Positions 50,901-62,500 of a stretch of 64,000 bases of DNA are shown one piece after another. Under the pieces are notes generated by a model that did no database searches, was not told where the DNA came from, and was given only the letters and a program-made list of their open reading frames with translations. This DNA comes from Eledone cirrhosa (lineage: Eukaryota): NCBI GenBank assembly GCA_964016885.1, contig OZ024749.1, positions 27,218,001 through 27,282,000 on the forward strand, written 5' to 3'. A program made the position numbers and the translations under genes. Each line of letters starts with the position of its first letter. The first letter of the stretch is position 1.

Positions 50901-53671
50901 TAACATCTTGCTATAACTTATTGATTCTGTTCTAATCTCTCTTTTGAGAGATGCCCACCATTGGTTGTTGACGATTGCACCCGTCAACCTCTCCTTAACT
51001 AATCTGCTAATCCGGTTTCTGTAAGTCTCTTTTGCCGGTAAAGACAAATTAAGTTTCCAGTAACCGGGACCCTGTTTATGTGTTTTCTCGAGATTGACTA
51101 TGCAGGTCACTAATTTGTGATCCGTATAGCCAACCGTGCGCATTTCTGGACAGCTTAATATGTCCCTATCCTTACTTCTAACTAAGAATCTATCTAAGTA
51201 CGATCTAGATTGACCACTGTGGTTTCTCCAAGTCCAGGTAGGCACAGTTGGAAAATCTAGTCGATATCTATCGACCAAGTTAAAACGGTCCAGTAACCCC
51301 TTGAGGCTGTTACACCCCCCTCTATTAGGACATGCTCCTGCATAGTCCCAACGTGCATCTAGGATGTCATTCCAATCCCCCGCTAGAAGCAGGGAACGCG
51401 ACGTTCCCAGAAAAGTCTCCAAACGCTGGAAGAAGTCGAGCCGTTCAGCTCCGAAAGGGGAGTAGACGGCGACCAGTCTCAAGGCCGCGCCTTCACTACT
51501 GCCAACGTCTAGCACCAACAAACGACCCTCCGGGTCCGAGTGAACAACCTGTACGGCAAGATCCAGGTGTTTTTGCAGCAGTACGACAACCCCACCCCCA
51601 CCTCCAGGTTGACAGAGAGATGCATGCACCTCAAAGTCATCGAAGGTAGGGGCCAGCTGCCGCACGACGCTGATCCGAGTCTCACAGATAACCATTACAT
51701 TTATACCACATGACCTGAGGTCATTTAGAAGCTTTGCTTGCTTCCAAGTTGAGCCCAGGCCACGTGCATTCAAACATCCTACTCTTAACACATCCATGTG
51801 GGCGGCAGAGCCAAAGGAGAGTGTAGAGACCTACCTTTCTGCTTCCCGGGGTTCGGGTCGCACGACTTCCATGGGGTCGGGGGTGTTGGGTGAAGGGGTG
51901 TCTTGTGGTGGTGTGGGGTCGTCAGTGTGTGGTGGGGTTGGGGTGTTTGGAGTTGTGTTGGGGAGGGGAAGGGGAGGGGGAAAGCTTTTTAGTAGGACGC
52001 GGTTTATGGGTTTGACAGAGGGTGGTCCTACGTCCTCCTTAAAATCCTTTTTTAGTTTTTGGTAGAGGTTCATTGGGATCTTTATTAGTTTTAAATGTGG
52101 GTAGTTTTCTGAAGAAAGAAAGTTTACACCTTCGGTTTGTACCGAAGGATTATTGTTTATGAGTTCATTTAATTTATTATTGTTTCTGTTGATGTAAGTA
52201 TAGTGTAATGTCTTTTTTTCGGATGGTGTGAATGTTTCGAAGAGGGGAGGGGCAGGTTTTGTTTTGTTTGTTGCTGGAGGGGTGTTTTGTGTTTTGTTGG
52301 ATTGTGTTGACATTTGGGTGGGGGTTGTTTGGCCTTGTGTGTTTTGCACATGTTTTCTTTTTTTCCTTTTAATCTGTCTGAAGGACTCCGTTTCTTCCTC
52401 CGAATTCGTTGGGTTATCTCCAGTGTTGGAGGGAAGAGGTATGTTTGCTGGTAATGTTTCCGTGTTGGTTTTCTTTGTGGGGGAGATGGATGTCACTATG
52501 TTAGACTGTGTTGTGTGTTGTGGCTGCGGTGGTTGTGTTGTTTTATTGAGTGAGGGGTTGGGTGGGCCTGTATTTTGTTTTGGGGTAATGTGTTGTGACT
52601 GTTTGTGTTGTGGTGGTGGTGTAGTTTTACTGAGGGACGGGTTGGGTGGGACTGAGTTTTGTTGTTTGTTTATCTGTTGTGGTGGTGGTGGTGGAGCTGG
52701 TGTTGGTAGCAGGGTTTTCTTTTTGTTGAGTTGGAGACAAGCCGCCTTCAGGTGCCCTCTGCCTGCACAGATATGACAGGACGGTCTTCTCCCCTCCACG
52801 CTAATGTTTATATACCCGTGGCCTTCTAATAGGATTCTGTCGGGTATTTGGGCGATGCGTTCAGGCTTCATTTGCACTACAAGCTCTATACCTGTTCCAC
52901 TGAACGCATTGCCTGTGGTTTTCCCAATGGAAATCACGTTGTCATTCGCTGGATCGATGAAGCCAGCTATGAGCCAGCAGTAGTCCACATCTGGCATCAT
53001 TGCATCCAGCCATATGCGTTGAGTTCTTTTACCCATATAAGATGGATAAAAGGTAAAAATTTTTGAACGAATCGGTGACAAAGCACATTTTTTTGCCGCC
53101 GATTCGTTCTTCATAATAATCGCTAGGCTTCCATACAGTCTGTCTTTTCTTATGAAAGTGGTTTCATTAAGTACTTCTGTGAGTACTGTTTTAATTTCTG
53201 TTTGAGTTGGCTGTTCAGGTTTTTTAGAAGTGCTGTTGATGGTGCGGAAAACGACCGTTCGACTTTCAATGTCTTTGGTGAGTTCTTGAGGCATTTTTAC
53301 CGATAAAATACCATTCTCTCCTTCAATTATATATTGTTTGGCATCTGCAATGTGGGTATGGTGTGGCGTGCGGTGGCCGGAGGCGGGGGGAGTGCTCGAC
53401 CGGAAGGGGTTTGTGGCCGGAAGGATGCTCGATCGGAAGGGCCAGCAGAGGGCCTCTCTCTAGTGGTGACCAGCACACGGTGTGGACGCGAGTTTTGGGC
53501 AGCTCCCGGTGTTAAGCAGTCAGACGCACGTGGAAGAGGAGTACCTGCAGTGGAATTTAGCGGCGCCTGTGAAAAGCGGTAAGTGAGATAGCTTTTTCTA
53601 ACTACAAGCTATTTCGGCGACTGAAAAAAAAAAAAAAAAAAGAAAACACTTGCCGCAAAACAAATCAGAAG

Positions 53672-54433
53672 ATGGCGACAAGACTACGGATGAACGAAGC
53701 TATCAGGGCATTCACCGGGGAAGGTGATGTTGTCGCTTGGCTGCGGAAGGTTCGGCTGGTCGCAAGCTTGCAGAAGATAGAAGACGTGGCCGGCCTCATG
53801 GCATTGTACCTCGAGGGCGACGCCCTGGTATTCTTCCTTGAGTTGGACGAGCACAGCCAAAGAGATGTGCAGAAGATTGAGAGGCGTCTGATGGATGCAT
53901 TCGCCGAGGGACCGTTGGCGGCTTTTGCTAAGCTGGCGAGAATCAGGTGGAATGGTGAGCGCGTCGACATTTTCGCAGCGGAAATAAGGCGGTTGGCTAT
54001 GTTGGCCGGTTACCGGGCGGAATGCGAACGCACGGTGCGGTTGGCGTTCATCAATGGATTTCCGGACGACATAGCGGTGAAACTGCAGCAAGTCCCGGGG
54101 TATAAAGAGATGGAAATGCGTTCACTGGTGGAACAAGCCCGGATCATAGCGGAAGATGCCAAAAAGAGTGTTGCGGCGATAGTGACTACGGAGGCTCAGG
54201 ACACCTGGCAGCGAAAGGGTGAAAGGGAGGCAACCTCGGCACGCGGCCGTCCGCGTGAGTTTAGGGGGCGCTGTTTTAGGTGCCAGGGCCCGCATATGGC
54301 TAGAGACTGTAGAGAGTCGAAGCCGGAGATAATTTGCTACCGGTGTAAGCGACCAGGCCACATCGCTACTAACTGCGACCAGGGAAACGATCCAAGGGGA
54401 ACTACTGCGCCGGTAGTTGCCCCTTACGAGTAG
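53672..54433 (+). CDS. gag: Gag with two CCHC zinc knuckles
   Basis: CFRCQGPHMARDC and CYRCKRPGHIATNC. Confidence 0.92.
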   Translation: MATRLRMNEAIRAFTGEGDVVAWLRKVRLVASLQKIEDVAGLMALYLEGDALVFFLELDEHSQRDVQKIERRLMDAFAEGPLAAFAKLARIRWNGERVDIFAAEIRRLAMLAGYRAECERTVRLAFINGFPDDIAVKLQQVPGYKEMEMRSLVEQARIIAEDAKKSVAAIVTTEAQDTWQRKGEREATSARGRPREFRGRCFRCQGPHMARDCRESKPEIICYRCKRPGHIATNCDQGNDPRGTTAPVVAPYE

Positions 54434-54441
54434 CGGCGCTG
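54382..54441 (+). promoter_or_regulatory. -1 ribosomal frameshift signal (G GGA AAC plus pseudoknot)
   Basis: Heptamer in the gag frame; 7-nt spacer; stem GGGGAACTAC/GTAGTTGCCCC; loop GCGCCG complementary to downstream CGGCGC; the -1 frame is open into pol. Confidence 0.85.
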
Positions 54442-57258
54442 CCCGTGGTGGAAGTCTTCGTGAGGGGGAAGCCACAGCGAGCCCTCGTGGATACGGGCTG
54501 TACGACGACACTGGTGACCGCGGGGGTGGCGCAGAGGTGGGGAGGGAAGAGCAGCGTAAGGGCAGTCGACGGCAGGAAAATTGAATGCCGAGGTCGCAGC
54601 GAGATGGAAATAGCGGTACGGGGAAGGACGATAAGGCTTTCCGCCATCGTGGTAGACAGTGTGGTGGATGGGATCGGCGTGGTTATGGGCATGGACGTGA
54701 TTGGCCGTCTAGGGGGCGTCACGGTGAACAATGTCGGTGTGTCGTTTGGCGCCGCTGCATCGGTATGCGCTGTGAGTGCACGTCATGAGAACCAGAAGGC
54801 CCACGAGGAGGAATACCCCGCTTACACTGTACAGGACAAAGACTTCAAGGCCGTGTTTGATGGGCAGCGATGGGTTGTTGAGTGGTACTGGAAGGGAGAA
54901 CCACCAACACTGAAGACCAAAGTGGGCTGCTATCAACACACATTGGAGGGAAACGCTAGGAGCGAGTTCGAGCGAGAAGTAGAGAGATGGATCGAAGAGG
55001 GCATACTGCTTCCCTGGAAGGAGGAGGTGAAGTGCGGAGTATTGCCGTTGATGGCGGTGGTGCAACCCACGAAGAGCAAGGTGAGGCCGGTGCTGGACTA
55101 TCGGGAGCTGAACGAGCACGTGTCATGCCACACGGGTGGCGAGGTCACGGATGTCTGTGGGGAAACCCTGCGTGAGTGGAGACGCATGACGGGGGGTTCA
55201 GCGATCGTGGATCTAAAGTCGGCTTACTTGCAGTTGCATATAGATGAGAAGCTCTGGCGGTATCAGCTGGTCAGGTATAAGGGCCGGACATATTGCCTGA
55301 CCAGGCTCGGTTTCGGGCTGAGCTCCGCACCGAAGATCATGGCGGCGGTCCTCAAGACCGCTCTGGGGAGGGCCGACAAGATAAAGAGGGCTACTAACTC
55401 CTATATTGACGACATCCTAGTGGACGAGTCGGTGGTGTCAACGGCGGAGGTCACGAGCCATTTGCGGAGGTATGGACTGACTGCGAAGCCATCAGAAGCA
55501 TTGGAGGGAGGAGCCGCGCTGGGACTTAGGCTACGGCGAGATAAGACGGGCGTTTTGGTGTTCCAGAGGGGAAACGAAGTTCCGGAACTGGGCCCAAGTA
55601 TGAATAGGCGGGAGCTTTTCTCGGTGTGTGGAAAGCTGGTGGGTCACTACCCGATCGCTGGGTGGCTCCGGACGGCATGCAGCTATGTCAAGAGACGAGC
55701 GGGAGGGGTGACTTGGAGTGACAGAGTGGGAGAGAGAACGGTGGCCATGATGCAGGAGATCGTGGGGAGGGTGAAGGCCGACGACCCAGTGCGGGGACGC
55801 TGGTACGTTCCCAAATCACAGAGCGGGACCGTATGGTGCGATGCCAGCAGCATAGCGCTGGGTGTCACGTTGGAGATAGGAGGTGTTGAGGTCGAGGATG
55901 CAGCCTGGCTTAGAAAGAAGGACGACTGCAGCCACATCAATGTGGCCGAGCTGGACGCGGTGTTGAGAGGGGTGAACCTCGCCCTGCGGTGGGGGCTGCG
56001 CACCATCGATATACGCACCGACTCGGCTACTGTACTCGGATGGGTAAGATCAGTGCTCACCAGTGAGAAGAGAGTGCGAACGAGAGGCGCGGCGGAGATG
56101 CTGATAAAGCGCCGCCTGGGAACGTTAGGAGAGCTGGCCACCGAGTTCGACCTGAAGCTGAGCGTAGTGTTCGTGCCCTCAGAGAAAAATAGGGCGGACA
56201 TCTTAACTAGAGTGAAGAAAGCCTGGATGGAAGCGCCGGAGGAGGTAGAGGATGAGATAGCTGCCGTGTGTCGGCTGACCGAGTTAGACCTGAAGGGATT
56301 GCATGATATGCACCACATGGGGGTGGATAGGAGCCTGTTCCTAGCCAGGAGAATCGACTCGGACGTTAGCAGACACAGTGTTCGGGGGGTGGTTAGAGGC
56401 TGCGTCCGATGTCAGTCCATTGATCCCGCCCCGGGTGTACACGAAACGGGAAGCCTCCCGGTGGATCGCGACTGGAAGCGATTAGCGGTGGATGTGACGC
56501 ACTACCGGCAGGGAACGTACCTCTCGATGGTCGACTGTGGACCAGGTCGAATGGCGATATGGAGGGAGATGAAGACTGGAACGGCCGAGGAAATCGTGCG
56601 GACGTTGAGAGAGGTGTTCTTGGAGCGGGGCCCTGTGGATGAACTGCTGATGGACAACAGCGCAGCGTTCCGCTCGGAGGCACTGAGGGAGATGCTCGAT
56701 GGATGGAAGGTGGACCGTTTCTTCAGAGCGGCGCACAGGCCGAGCGGGAATGGAATCGTGGAGCGACACCACCGGACGATCAAGGCAATGGCGGAGCGGG
56801 GCCATATCTCACCAATGGAGGCAGTGTTCTGGTACAATATGTCCCCTCGGGTTGGACAGGTCGAGGAATCGGTGCCACATAGAGCAGTATTCAAATACGA
56901 GTGGCGGCACCCGTGCACGCCACCACAACGGCCAGTGGGGAGAGAGAGTGCATTCGTGCAGGTGGGCGAAGAAGTCTGGGTTAAGCCCCCAGATGCACGT
57001 TGCACATCTCAATGGGGAAGGGGAACGGTGACGGCCGTAAATTCAAAGAACAATGTGTCCGTGGACGGAGTACCACGTCATGTCCTGGATGTAAGAAGAA
57101 TCACTGTGTCGACGGACTCCGAGGAAGAGGAAACCCAAGATGAGGTGGAAACCCATAGCTCTGTCCCAATACTACGAAGATCGCAACGAAGTCGTAGACC
57201 ACCGACCTGGACAGCAGACTTTCATATGCAGAGGGACGAGGGGGAAATTGTTCCTTGA
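54382..57258 (+). CDS. pol: Pol polyprotein (protease, RT, RNase H, integrase), entered by -1 frameshift
   Basis: LVDTG; DYRELN, DLKSAY, FGL..AP, YIDD; WCDAS..AEL..TDS..ADILTR; HHCC and D,D,E (GNGIVER). Confidence 0.93.
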   Translation, partial: GKRSKGNYCAGSCPLRVAALPVVEVFVRGKPQRALVDTGCTTTLVTAGVAQRWGGKSSVRAVDGRKIECRGRSEMEIAVRGRTIRLSAIVVDSVVDGIGVVMGMDVIGRLGGVTVNNVGVSFGAAASVCAVSARHENQKAHEEEYPAYTVQDKDFKAVFDGQRWVVEWYWKGEPPTLKTKVGCYQHTLEGNARSEFEREVERWIEEGILLPWKEEVKCGVLPLMAVVQPTKSKVRPVLDYRELNEHVSCHTGGEVTDVCGETLREWRRMTGGSAIVDLKSAYLQLHIDEKLWRYQLVRYKGRTYCLTRLGFGLSSAPKIMAAVLKTALGRADKIKRATNSYIDDILVDESVVSTAEVTSHLRRYGLTAKPSEALEGGAALGLRLRRDKTGVLVFQRGNEVPELGPSMNRRELFSVCGKLVGHYPIAGWLRTACSYVKRRAGGVTWSDRVGERTVAMMQEIVGRVKADDPVRGRWYVPKSQSGTVWCDASSIALGVTLEIGGVEVEDAAWLRKKDDCSHINVAELDAVLRGVNLALRWGLRTIDIRTDSATVLGWVRSVLTSEKRVRTRGAAEMLIKRRLGTLGELATEFDLKLSVVFVPSEKNRADILTRVKKAWMEAPEEVEDEIAAVCRLTELDLKGLHDMHHMGVDRSLFLARRIDSDVSRHSVRGVVRGCVRCQSIDPAPGVHETGSLPVDRDWKRLAVDVTHYRQGTYLSMVDCGPGRMAIWREMKTGTAEEIVRTLREVFLERGPVDELLMDNSAAFRSEALREMLDGWKVDRFFRAAHRPSGNGIVERHHRTIKAMAERGHISPMEAVFWYNMSPRVGQVEESVPHRAVFKYEWRHPCTPPQRPVGRESAFVQVGEEVWVKPPDARCTSQWGRGTVTAVNSKNNVSVDGVPRHVLDVRRITVSTDSEEEETQDEVETHSSVPILRRSQRSRRPPTWTADFHMQRDEGEIVP

Positions 57259-58173
57259 GATCAGGGGGGCGTGTGGGTATGGTGTGGCGTGCGGTGGCCG
57301 GAGGCGGGGGGAGTCCTCGACCGGAAGGGGTTTTGGGCCGGAAGGATGCTCGACCGGAAGGGCCAGCAGAGGGCCTCTCTCTAGTGGTGACCAGCACACG
57401 GTGTGGACGCGAGTTTTGGGCAGCTCCCGGTGTTAAGCAGTCGGACGCACGTGGAAGAGGAGTACCTGCAGTGGAATTTAGCGGCGCCTGTGAAAAGCGG
57501 TAAGTGAGATAGCTTTTTCTAACTACATGCAATTCTTTGTGCCACATCTGAAATATTTTCAGGTATATATGTCAAAGATTTCTTTGTTGTTTGTGCAAAT
57601 GAAATCTTATTGGTGTTGACTTTGTCGTCTGCTTTGCTTTCTGTTATGATGTTGTTATTTTCAAATGTTATTTTTGTGTTTGTTGTGTCTTTGTTTGTGG
57701 TATTAACATTGTCATGCAATTTTTCAAATTTTTTTTTTTCGTTGTTGGAATCCATGTCCAGATTTGTGTTTTCGTCATTTTTCTCCGTAGATTCGTGTTT
57801 TTATTTTATTTTTTCCTTCCTTCTCTATGACGTTAGTTGGGAAGGAAGGGGGGGACTAAAGCGGGCGAGCTTACAACTCTTACCGCTGTCTCCCCCCCCC
57901 CCCCCACTATTTTCGTTAGCTTCGTTTAACATTTCTGTCAGACGATTGAAATTTTTTATGCCACAAAATTTTTAAAAACAGGTTTTTCACCCCTAGGAGG
58001 GGTAAAGATGAGCTGACCCACCGCCTGACAATTCAGACGGGGGGTCAAGCTACACAATAGTATCAAAATTAAAATTGAACTTAAAAAATTTCCGCAATAA
58101 ATTTGAACAAAACTTCTACGCGAAGTGAATTACATCTACGCTGTAGAACAGACGACGGCTAGATTATCTATAT

Positions 58174-58214
<41 letters not shown>

Positions 58215-58216
<2 letters not shown>

Positions 58217-58298
58217 TATTTCTTTATTAGCCACAGGGGCACAAAAGAAGGGGACAAATACAAAGGGGGAAGTTTACATACAATAAAAACGTGTAAAA

Positions 58299-58333
<35 letters not shown>

Positions 58334-58718
58334 TATTTCTTTATTAGCCACAGGGGCACAAAAGAAGGGGACAAATACAAAGAGGGAAGTTTACATACAA
58401 TAAAAACGTGTAAAATGTTATCACAGATGGAATTTAAAAGTTAGTCGATTTTCCCCAATAGAGGGAGACAGTTTATATGGGTAACACAGACCCCCGAAAA
58501 AAATGTGCAACCCTCATCTCCAGGAGTACGAAGAGCTTGTACTCCTTTCCTCTCCTCCTCCTTTTCCTCAACCTACAGGCTGATATAGAGAGAAGGCCCA
58601 TTCACTCGGGCCATTCTCGCCACTTTCACCCACCTTTCATAAAACTTGCTGGGGTACAGCACCTCTCTCTCCATCCTGATTCTTCTTCCAAAGTGGTATT
58701 TGAAAAAAAGAATCAGTT
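58215..58718 (-). mobile_element. 3' fragment of a second Tx1 subfamily with a duplicated 3' tail, embedded in (GATA)n
   Basis: 58560-58700 is homologous to 48360-48490; tail TTTCTTTATTAGCCACAGG.. occurs twice (about 58218 and 58336). Confidence 0.8.
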
Positions 58719-58766
<48 letters not shown>

Positions 58767-58834
58767 GTGGGGTAGATATAGAGGTATATTGGTAATATAT
58801 ATAGATATAAAGGTAAAATATATAGATATATTGG

Positions 58835-58913
<79 letters not shown>

Positions 58914-59556
58914 TAAACGGAATAGAAAATGCTGACAAATTGTTCACAGTTGAAAAATGGTTTAATTAGGAATAAAAGAGTATTAGTGATTGTATGGGTT
59001 AGTATTCAGTTGTGGTTTTAAGTTTTTAAGTTTTTACCGGTTGCGCATTTCTAAATGCTTTTCAATATATATATATATATATGGGTAAGTAATATAGATA
59101 TATGGATAAGATATATACAGATATGGGTAAGATATATATATATATACATACATATATATGGGGTATATATATAGATATATTGGTAATCTATATATATAAA
59201 TGGGGTAGATATATAGATATATATGGGTGAGATATATAGATAGTTTATGCTTGAACTATTTTACAGCATGTAACTGGGTCTGTATAGCAGATAGATCTAC
59301 AATACTATAGAAGTTGTTAAGCTATTGACACAACTGAAAAGTTCTTTGTATTATATTTAAATGGATTGGCAGCATCGATAGAGGGTCGGATGCCATGCTT
59401 TGACGCATAGAGTTACGACCCTTGCCATTCTGAGTTCAAATCCCACCAAGGTTAACTTTGCCTTTCATCCTTACGTGGTCGATAAAATAAAGTACCAGTA
59501 ATACACTGGGTAATTGCTGGCCTTGTGCCAAAAGTAGAAACAATTATATTTAAATA

Positions 59557-62500
59557 TCAGGCGGCAGACGAAGTCTGTGGCTGGAGCAGGCCTGTAGGCA
59601 GGAGGAGAGTAACATGGTGGTGGAACAGTAAGGTGGAGGGGTCAATCAAGGCCAAAAAGCAGGCTTGGAAAGCATGGCAGGATGGGGGGAAGTAGAGAAG
59701 ACTATCAAGTGGCCAGGAGGGAAGCTAGGAGACAAGTGTACTTCGCAAGAAGGGAAGCAGAGGAAAGAAAGTTCAAGCATGTTCTACAACGCGAGGACCA
59801 AAAATGTGAGGTGTTCAGGATTGCTAGGCAATGTGTCAAGGAAAACCGTAATATTGTCGGGGAGAAGTGTGTACTTAACGATGATGGCGTACTTGCCATC
59901 ACTGACGCTGATAAGAAGGTAGCTTGGAAGTGTCACTACGAAAGGCTACTAAATCATCATCATCATCATTTTACGTCCGCTTTTCCCTGCTTGCAAGGGT
60001 GGGACGGGTCTTATTCAGCACAGCATCTCTCCACTCGTCACGGTCCCTCGTCATCTCCACCGTGAGCTTCAATGATCTGAGGTCTGTTCTCACCACCTCC
60101 GCCCATGTTTTTCGTGGTCTACCTCTACCACGTCTTCCTTCAACTGGCAATTCCTGGCACTTCTTCACCCATCGGTCATCCTCCATGCGCATCACATGTC
60201 CATACCACCTCAGTCTCCTCTCCCGTACACTACATTCTATCCCTCTCAGACACAGTTTCTCTCTCAACACATTTATGCTGGGTCGTTCACGCACATCCAA
60301 CGGAGCATGCTTGCCTCATTTCTCTCCAGCCGTCGCATATCCTCTGCAGTTGCTGCCCATGTCTCACTACCATGCAGCATCGCGCTCCTCACACAGGCAT
60401 CATACAACCGGCTTTTCGTACGCAGGGAGAAACCCTTCTTCGTCAACAGAGGAAGCAGCTCCCTAAACTTCTTCCAACCCGTCCTTATTCTAGATACTAT
60501 GGCCTCGGAACACCCTCCTCCCATGCTAATCTGATCTCCTAGGTACCGGAAGCTATCCACCACTTCTATAGCGCCCTCTTGCATTTGAAAAATGTGTCTA
60601 TCAGTGCGACTTCTACTGTCTAATTTCCCTGTACATCTACTGCATACATATTTCTCCCTACCTGTTAGTTTGCCTGCTATCCCGCTACATCTCTTGTGTA
60701 CCCAGGATCTGCATTGTGTGCATTTTATAGAATTTATGCCAGTTCCTTTTCTGCATATCGAACATCGCCATTTCCCTGATGGAATCAGGGTTTTGTCCTC
60801 TTTTCTACTCATCAACACTTTTGTCTTAGCTAGATTCACTCTCAGTCCTCTTGCTTCCAACTGCTGTTTCCATAGCCAGAATTTATTCTCTAGCTCCTCT
60901 ACTAATTCTGCTTTAAGAACCAGATCGTCAGCGTAGAGAAGTTCCCATGGACAGCCAGTCTTAAACTACTCTGTTATGGCTTGGAGGACTATAATGAACA
61001 AGAGCGGGCTGAGGACCGAACCCTGATTTACTCCTACTTGTATCTGGAATTCCTCACTAAACTCCATTCCTACCCTGACTTTACTGAGAGTACCTCTGTA
61101 CAAAGTTTGCATTGTCCTCACAAGCCATTCCTCAACACCTAGCTTCCTTAGGGACCACCAGATGACAGATCGGGGTACCCTATCAAAGGCCTTCTCTAGG
61201 TCAACAAAGGCTAAATATAGTGGCTTATTCTTCTCTAAGAACCTCTCTTGCAATTGTCTCACCGAGAAGAGGGCATCTGTTGTACTCTTCCCAGGCACAA
61301 AACCAAACTGCATCTCATCTAGTTTGACCCTTTCTCTAATTAGTTGTGCTAAAATCCTTTCTGCCACTTTCATAACCTGATCTATCAGTTTTATACCCCT
61401 ATAATTGCTCCTCTCCAAAGCTTCCCCTAAATGAGGAGAATAAATGGGAGAAAGACAGTCTCCCCCACATCGACCCAATAGAGGGACCAGCAGTGTTAGT
61501 CGAAGGTAGTATAATAAGTAAGGCAATCAAAGATATGAAGAAGGGTAAGGCGGCTGGGCCTTCGGAAATAGTTGCTGAGATGCTGAAAGCCTCTGGTACG
61601 GTGGGACACACCATGGTCACCCGGAGAGTAAACCAAGTCATACAGAATGGGGTTGTTCCGAAGGACTGGCGTAGCAGCATCATCATTAACTGTTACAAGG
61701 GTAAAGGAGACACCTTAGATAGGAGTAACTATAGAGGCATTAAATTAATCGACCAGGTCATGAAGGTCACGGAAAAAGTAATAGCGCAACTAATCAGAGA
61801 GAGAATTGATCTAGATGAAATGCAGTTCGGGTTTGTGTCAGGCAAAAGTACCACAGACGCTCTTTCCATTGTACGACAACTACAGGAGAAGTACCTAGCT
61901 AAAAGTAAACCCCTATACTTTTGTCGACTTGGAGAAAGCCTTCGACAGAGTCCCCCGTTCCATTATCTGGTGGGCTCTTAGAAAACTAGGTGTTGACGAA
62001 TGGCTTGTGAGAGCTATACAAGCCATGTATAAAGAAACAGTGAGCAAGGTTAGAATTAACAACGAATATAGTGAAGAGTTTAGCGTAAAAGTTGGTGTCC
62101 ATCAGGGCTCTGTTCTTAACCCCCTACTATTTATTATTGCCCTTCAGGCTATAACAGAGGAGTTCAAGACCGGCTGCCCATGGGAACTCCTATACGCAGA
62201 TGATCTAACGCTCATAGCTGAATCAATGGCCGAGCTAGAGAAGAAATTCCAAACATGGAAGCACGGCCTCGAATCAAAAGGTCTTAAAATTAACCTGGCT
62301 AAGACTAAAGTTCTAGTTTGTAGGAAAGAAAATAAGGCGCCGGTCCCTTCCGGGAAATGGCCATGCTCAGTGTGTAGGAAAGGCGTAGGTAGAAACTCCA
62401 TTTTATGTCCCAAATGCAAAGTATGGGTGCATAAAAGATGTAGTGGGATCACAGATAAGCTAAGTAAGAACACAGATTTTACATGTGGCCGGTGCTCTGG

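Larger units (their letters stand above)
53351..57527 (+). mobile_element. Intact compact LTR retrotransposon (Gypsy-type order PR-RT-RH-IN), 4177 bp
   Basis: 256-bp TG..CA LTRs at 53351-53606 and 57272-57527 (~5 differences); 5-bp TSD TGCAA; PPT AGGGGGGCG; GC-rich. Confidence 0.96.
51831..57755 (-). pseudogene. Tx1 ORF1 split by the LTR insertion (57755-57528 joined to 53345-51831 gives 580 aa)
   Basis: Removing the element and one TGCAA restores the frame: ..DVAQRIADAKQYIIEGENGILSVKMPQEL.. Confidence 0.85.
48147..58165 (-). mobile_element. Near full-length Tx1-like (L1 clade) LINE, interrupted by an LTR retrotransposon
   Basis: ORF1 with CCHC knuckle (CHICAGRGHLKAAC); ORF2 APE 50451-51797, RT (KSPGLDG, RPITLLN, KAFD, YADD) and C-terminal CPRC..ET..H..C; two frame breaks in ORF2. 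Confidence 0.92.

Noticed and set aside
53665-57547. Multiple antisense ORFs over the LTR element
   Set aside because: Shadow ORFs of GC-rich gag/pol with no recognisable motifs
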